This document shows, one piece after another, positions 60,201 through 64,000 of a stretch of 64,000 nucleotides of DNA. The number at the start of each line of letters is the position of its first letter. Positions within the stretch are counted from its first letter, which is position 1. Below the pieces are notes generated by a model. That model did no database searches. It was not told where the DNA came from and saw nothing but the letters and a program-made list of their open reading frames with translations. Position numbers and translations under genes: made by a program. The stretch spans positions 16,799 to 80,798 of the forward strand of contig REDP01000167.1 in NCBI GenBank assembly GCA_007693455.1, read 5' to 3'. This DNA comes from Planctomycetota bacterium (GTDB lineage Bacteria; Planctomycetota; UBA11346).

Positions 60201-61638
60201 CAGCGCACGCACCGATTTAGATAAGGCCCAAGAGGCACTTACTGCCAAGGAAACTGAGTGCGTAGAACATGAACAAACGATCGCCAAACTACAACCACTT
60301 GAGCAGCGTTGTGAGGAGTTGCAGCAGCAAGTAGCTGAAGCGCAAGAGAATAAAAGCGCCCAAGACGAAGAAAATGAAGCCCTGCGCATGCGCGTGGATG
60401 CAATGGAGGGTGAGTGTGCTGAATTGCGCAACGAGCGTGACCAACTCCGGCAGTCGGTTAGCGAGCTTGAAGAACAACTCAAAGGGGCTCAAGCCAACGG
60501 TCAGCAGGTCGAAGAACTCCAGCACAGCTTAGGAGATTCACAAGAGCGTTTGCAGCAACTTGAGGCAGCGTTGGCTGAACGGCAAACGGCCTTAGAGCAT
60601 AGCCAACAAGAACTCAGTGAGCGTGACTCTACTTTGGCGCAAGCCCAAGAGAACTTGGCGGAAAAAGAGGCTGCCTTGGCCCAGGCCCAGAGCCAAGCGC
60701 ATGCCGCTGAGGAGGATAAACAGTCACTCCAAGAAAAACTGCAGGCCCGCGATCAAGAATTGGCCGAGGTTGAGGGGCAGCTCAAAGAGCAAGAACAGCG
60801 TCTCAATGAACTCGAAGCGGTAAAAGCCGAATTGGCAGAAACCCAGCAAGAACGGGCTGCGGTTCAGGAACGCCTCCAGGAACTTGAGCAACTCCTTGCT
60901 GACCGTGATGAACACATTACGGGGAAAGAGGCAGAGTTGACTCAAGCCCATGAACGCGAGCAGCTGTTGAAGGATCAGCTGGAGGCTCTCCAGGCTGAAC
61001 TGGATCACCTGCGGCGCTCGCTGCGCAACGCTGAAGCACGCATTAGCGAGCTTGAAGCCCGGGAGCAGCAATTGGAAGCAGACTTTGAGAAGGACCTTGC
61101 TGATGTACGACAGCAACTCAATGATGAGGAAGCCGCTCACGCAGCCGTACGTCAACGCCTGGATTCCTACGAGGAAGATCATGTGGAAATTCTCGCAACC
61201 CTGCGTGGTCGCCTGAAGGATGCTGAATCGGCCCGTGGACGCCTGGAACAACAGATAGAGGAACAGGGCGCAGAGCTTGCCAGTGTGCGACAAAGTCAGG
61301 AATACGATGCCAATCGTCTGCAGCGTCTCGATGAGGAGCTCGCTGCCCTGCAATTAGAACGCGATGAACTTCGTCAACAGCTCAAAGCAGTCGAACAACA
61401 TCTCGAAGAAGAGCGCAATACACGGCAGGGCTGGGAAGCCCGCAAGGAGCGTTTGCAACAGGATCACCAAGAGCAGATCCAAGGATTGCGTGAACGCCTG
61501 CAGAAGGCTCGCGATGACCTCCATGCCCTGCAATCAGAGACCCGTCATCTCCGCGAGGATAATGTCGGTTTACGCTCACGCCTTCGCACCCTTGAAGCCA
61601 ACGATGGAGATGATCAGAGCAACCCAGACATGAACTGA
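57214..61638 (+). CDS. Giant coiled-coil protein CC2 (1474 aa), N-terminal module paralogous to CC1, internally repetitive
   Basis: GAAGGAG upstream of ATG 57214. Nearly the whole length is E/Q/A/L/R-rich heptad-like sequence. Shares two conserved N-terminal blocks with CC1. Confidence 0.85.
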   Translation: MAQQRTSHTKRQHVEYQEDIPDIDQGLNDLTKETTVRDLMRRGQHKKLRTIRERDLKEWIATALRRVMVTHEDTFTDEQKQEMVAKVQEEMQQRIKALQEQAKAAEAGAQEWRSQYQQAVSEAGENQQLHDVLANLQAKYENAQAEREDAVARLLDMEDDFNENKSMLATTIAEKERLQTTNRELFMRSSQVIEPILAIDNEYYQGSHQEDTPGDNEDDSSFFRDFEVSTHVLESLQGDLAKGTALTPAGAATTDGEMAEPTPVQFQEEHLLTLYEASDQALAKLSGMLDVETTEELEEHIGDGQTHIENEPIAKLHHKIIMLGKGIGLQRDRLQHLEEENASLRSQQEAASGNETSQAAARHIAETLAAAAIPFHRETDAQTVDAELQQRAAALEETLAEDGEDAAALQERADAVIATIVAERQRMESSLQDQLRRAAAAEDALRKLAGAAAAAVCAEGEEDDSALGTATENLRKDLDTPADLVPGGNEQLLADISVDGAQVIAQLREERDAARGQAAAARASERVLAQRLLELAVDSDDDAVLGVASQLRQAMDNDPEASVADHIAATSQALAEHGTGVAESQGASAAELEEVQQRLAAAEQAAEEHQGTVKELRERNESLQEQLDQRDSELAELETRLADDEDQLAAVREELAAAKDHVTALQAGQEGVAQALSQAAKEHHQALADLEQDGEEDDALAHAAEEVHELVSAPGEHDTDQVLNATRGVISRLRVANDALAQRLRRKEQELGEVRRSTESKAESLDELKKALAHAEAEREQSKHDATALQEEVATLNQRIDAAAEEAFEKDEALDQLRAAAKDAEERLAEQKHTVETLNQRIEAAAEDLLSKEEEIEQLRAANQEAAAQADELAQLQKQRDELADSLQSAEEAREKAQSDLAQTQAALSEKEAELEQLRTSIKDAEERLAEHEHTSQTLNQRIDAAAEDLLSKEEEIEQLRAANQEAAAQADELAQLKEQLSDKESALNTTQEERDSARTDLDKAQEALTAKETECVEHEQTIAKLQPLEQRCEELQQQVAEAQENKSAQDEENEALRMRVDAMEGECAELRNERDQLRQSVSELEEQLKGAQANGQQVEELQHSLGDSQERLQQLEAALAERQTALEHSQQELSERDSTLAQAQENLAEKEAALAQAQSQAHAAEEDKQSLQEKLQARDQELAEVEGQLKEQEQRLNELEAVKAELAETQQERAAVQERLQELEQLLADRDEHITGKEAELTQAHEREQLLKDQLEALQAELDHLRRSLRNAEARISELEAREQQLEADFEKDLADVRQQLNDEEAAHAAVRQRLDSYEEDHVEILATLRGRLKDAESARGRLEQQIEEQGAELASVRQSQEYDANRLQRLDEELAALQLERDELRQQLKAVEQHLEEERNTRQGWEARKERLQQDHQEQIQGLRERLQKARDDLHALQSETRHLREDNVGLRSRLRTLEANDGDDQSNPDMN
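59677..60150 (+). repeat. Intragenic tandem duplication with an exact 303-nt (101-codon) period in CC2
   Basis: 59677-59846 aligns without gaps to 59980-60149 (KDAEERLAE..TLNQRI.AAAEDLLSKEEEIEQLRAANQEAAAQADELAQL). Most differences are at third codon positions by eye. Confidence 0.9.
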
Positions 61639-61736
61639 TCTTCGACGAGTCCGTGTGCGCATTTTTAGTTGCCAGCACCTCCTCATTGGTGGACCTGTGT
61701 CACATCACGGCATACTCATTCGCAAGGAGGGATGCA

Positions 61737-62777
61737 ATGCGATTCAATGTGAATGCAGGGGTGCGCTCATGGGTTTGTGCTTTTACTCTGGTGCTCATCT
61801 GTGCAGGCAATGCCCTCGCCGAGTCCCAGGCGCAATCGGAAGTTGCCCTTGATGATGTGGTGGAGCGTGGTCTTGCCGCCCTCGTACGTGTGCAAGCCAA
61901 TGATGGCAGTTTTGGTGATAGCGCCGGCATCACCGCACTTGGCGGCATGGCATTGTTAGCAGGGGGGCATACGCCTACCAGTGGCCGCTATCGGGACGCT
62001 AGTGCTGCGGCTTTGCGCTACGTATTGCAAGCCCAAGATGAGATGACGGGCTACCTGGGCCATGGCATGGGAAACATGTATTCGCATGGTTTTGCAACGT
62101 TGTATCTGGCAGAATGCTATGGCATGTCCCCCGATCCACGTGTGCGCCGTGCGCTCGCCGCCGCCCTGGAGCTCACCTTCCGTTCGCAAAATGATGAGGG
62201 AGGATGGCGCTATCAACCGGCGCCTGTGGATGCTGATATATCCGTTACGATTACCCAAATAATGGCCATCCGTGCGGCCTACAATTTGGGCATTGGTGGA
62301 GAACAAGCGCAACGGGTAAGTGCTCGTGCCATATCTTATGTGCGCTCCCTGGCCACCCCGCAAGGAACCTTTCTCTACCGCCATGGCTCGGGGAGCTGGG
62401 GCACCCAGGGAACCCAAGGCGTACCACGCGCAGCGGCAGGAGCCATGAGCCTTATTGGAGCAGGGATTAACGATCTTGATGATCCCGTACTGGGGCCAGC
62501 AATGAACTTCCTGCGCACCCACGTTGGCGATCATTTGCGTGAAGAGGGAAACTGGTTCTGGTATGGGCAGTATTATGCCGCTCAGGCCATGTTCCACAGT
62601 CCTGATCGCGATGATTGGCGTATGTATTGGGATATGGTTGTCCCAACACTGGCGGCATTTCAAAGCGAGGATGGCATCTGGAATCGCCCCCGCGACCATG
62701 GCTCGGTGTATGGTACCGCCATGGCCCTTATTATCCTACAAATACCCAATAATTATTTACCCATTTTTCAGCGCTGA
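61737..62777 (+). CDS. Secreted prenyltransferase/squalene-cyclase-repeat (alpha/alpha-toroid) protein
   Basis: AAGGAGG lies 6 nt upstream of ATG 61737. Signal peptide MRFNVNAGVRSWVCAFTLVLICAGNALA. Repeated Q-x-x-D/E-G-x-W/F motifs (QANDGSFG, QNDEGGWRY, QSEDGIWN). Confidence 0.8.
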   Translation: MRFNVNAGVRSWVCAFTLVLICAGNALAESQAQSEVALDDVVERGLAALVRVQANDGSFGDSAGITALGGMALLAGGHTPTSGRYRDASAAALRYVLQAQDEMTGYLGHGMGNMYSHGFATLYLAECYGMSPDPRVRRALAAALELTFRSQNDEGGWRYQPAPVDADISVTITQIMAIRAAYNLGIGGEQAQRVSARAISYVRSLATPQGTFLYRHGSGSWGTQGTQGVPRAAAGAMSLIGAGINDLDDPVLGPAMNFLRTHVGDHLREEGNWFWYGQYYAAQAMFHSPDRDDWRMYWDMVVPTLAAFQSEDGIWNRPRDHGSVYGTAMALIILQIPNNYLPIFQR

Positions 62778-62817
62778 CCGCAACCATGGTGCATGTGTCG
62801 CTGCACCGGAAGCCCAT

Positions 62818-64000
62818 ATGAAAACCCTCACCACCGCACCCTGCTCTATATTTCTTTCTGTGTTGATCTGCGTTTGTGTCGCGCCATGGCATACAGCAGG
62901 ATCACAGGAACGTCTCGACCCAGCAGCCGCGACATCGGTCATCACGGCCATGGAGCCGGAAACCCTAGAATTACTGAAGGAAGCCACCGTCTTCGTACAT
63001 GTGGCCTGGCAGTCCTATTTCGATACCAAGGATGCACCAGTGCGTAAGCAGGCCAGCGGCAGCGGTTTTGTGGTCGATGCCCAACGAGGCTTGGTCGTAA
63101 CCAATTGGCATGTGGTCGATGGCTACCAGGAAACCGAACGGGGCCAATATCCGCTCCGCCGCAGTCAGCTGGAAATTCTGTTACATTCGGGGACGCCGCA
63201 CCAACGTGCCTATCCGGGCACCCTAGTGGCTGCTGATCCAGTAAATGATCTGGCAGTGATTCACATCGACAGTGATGATCTACGAGCATTGCCCCTGGGG
63301 CATAGTGAACGTATCCTTGAAACCCAACCCATATGGATTGCTGGGTTCCCCTTCGGCTCGTTGTTTTCGGTGCTGCAACGGGGCCCTGCCATGAGCATCA
63401 ATCGCGGACACATCAGCAGTCTGCGTCATGATGACCGGCATCATCTACGCCATATCCAATTTGACGCCGCGACCAATCGGGGCAATTCTGGTGGCCCCCT
63501 TATGGGCGATGATGGCCTAGTGTATGGCATCACCAATATGGCCCTGGGTACTTCACGGGTTAATTTTGCCGTACCCGTGGCGGCACTCCATACGCTCTTG
63601 GCAACTATTCCAGACCATTTCGACGGTAAGTCTGCGCGCATTACGGTACGCAGCAATCCTGTGCCGGCAGCGGTGCGTATTGGCTTGGACACGGTAATCA
63701 CCACCCCTTGGACAGGAGAGCTCCCCGCCCAGTGGCAACGAATGAGTGTCGCCACTGATGGCTATTGGTATGCCAGTGATCCCCGTCGCGCAGATCACGA
63801 AGAGGAATGGGATCTTCGCCTCACCCCCCAATCAACCACCAATTTGCGCATCCGCGAGCGCGTCCATCCCGAGCCCAGTCAGCCAGATCAAGACCATGGA
63901 GACGCCCTATGGCAGGAAGATTTTTCAGATCCCATGGTAATCACCGAATGGGAGCAGGAAACCGGCGGCAGTGAACATGCACGGACCTGGTATGTGGACG
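62818..64000 (+). CDS. Secreted trypsin-like (S1, DegP/HtrA-type fold) serine protease with a C-terminal extension; 3' end runs off the window
   Basis: Not in the ORF track because it has no stop in the window. My own translation from ATG 62818 gives MKTLTTAPCSIFLSVLICVCVA.. (signal-like) and the catalytic triad contexts TNWHVV (His), NDLAVIHI (Asp) and GNSGGPL (Ser). Confidence 0.85.
   Translation, partial: MKTLTTAPCSIFLSVLICVCVAPWHTAGSQERLDPAAATSVITAMEPETLELLKEATVFVHVAWQSYFDTKDAPVRKQASGSGFVVDAQRGLVVTNWHVVDGYQETERGQYPLRRSQLEILLHSGTPHQRAYPGTLVAADPVNDLAVIHIDSDDLRALPLGHSERILETQPIWIAGFPFGSLFSVLQRGPAMSINRGHISSLRHDDRHHLRHIQFDAATNRGNSGGPLMGDDGLVYGITNMALGTSRVNFAVPVAALHTLLATIPDHFDGKSARITVRSNPVPAAVRIGLDTVITTPWTGELPAQWQRMSVATDGYWYASDPRRADHEEEWDLRLTPQSTTNLRIRERVHPEPSQPDQDHGDALWQEDFSDPMVITEWEQETGGSEHARTWYVD

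Noticed and set aside
60033-61353. Minus-strand and alternative-frame ORFs inside CC2 (e.g. 60724..61353, 60033..60482, 59730..60032) with Ser/Cys/Ala- or Leu/Phe-rich low-complexity products
   Set aside because: They are mirror images of the GAA/GAG/CAG/GCN-rich coiled-coil coding sequence. The sense frame is continuous for 1474 codons with an SD.
61956-62699. 247-aa minus-strand ORF antisense to the alpha/alpha-toroid gene
   Set aside because: A shadow ORF inside a gene that has a strong SD, a signal peptide and family repeats. It has no independent support.
62793-63047. Listed 84-aa ORF downstream of the toroid gene
   Set aside because: It is out of frame with, and overlapped by, the much longer open frame from ATG 62818, which encodes a recognisable S1 protease with a signal peptide.
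1-64000. Search for tRNA, rRNA, tmRNA, transposase, integrase, phage or toxin-antitoxin genes
   Set aside because: No T-loop/acceptor-like sequences or rRNA-like stretches were seen in any intergenic gap; the larger gaps are mostly occupied by MITE copies, relics, promoter regions or terminators. No ORF had DDE, tyrosine/serine recombinase or phage hallmark motifs. This is by-eye only, and tRNAscan/Infernal would be decisive.

Overview
This is a dense, moderately GC-rich bacterial chromosomal window, and most of it is housekeeping. It opens inside a complex I operon (nuoE, truncated by the window edge, through nuoN). After that come a 4HBT thioesterase, dnaG, rpoD, a Gfo/Idh/MocA oxidoreductase, a RIC/YtfE-like di-iron protein, an FHA-GAF-class III cyclase, hemW, a lone mlaE, a CheY-like receiver, nadA plus a cysteine desulfurase (minus strand), a small membrane protein coupled to radC, and carB. 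A minus-strand run follows (glnS, methyltransferase, polytopic membrane protein). Next are an MsbA-like ABC exporter, phoU, a stand-alone EF-G, a receiver-PP2C phosphatase, a SulP permease coupled to a GNAT, ppc coupled to a FAN1-like VRR-NUC nuclease, prs and rplY/ctc. The final 12 kb is the least ordinary locus. It holds two giant paralogous coiled-coil proteins transcribed divergently around a PHP phosphoesterase and rlmN, followed by a secreted prenyltransferase-like alpha/alpha-toroid protein and a secreted S1 serine protease that runs off the 3' edge. I saw no rRNA, tRNA, CRISPR array, transposase, integrase or phage genes. The strongest signal not explained by genes is a family of about 140-bp intergenic elements: seven clear copies plus several relics, all in the same orientation. 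They have 17-nt terminal inverted repeats, 10-bp target-site duplications and conserved internal hairpins, so they look like a non-autonomous MITE family with terminator-like content. Many ORF-track starts are too far upstream, and I re-called them from SD spacing, stop/start overlaps and family N-termini. Taxonomy cannot be proven from the window; the gene content is loosely reminiscent of PVC-type bacteria.
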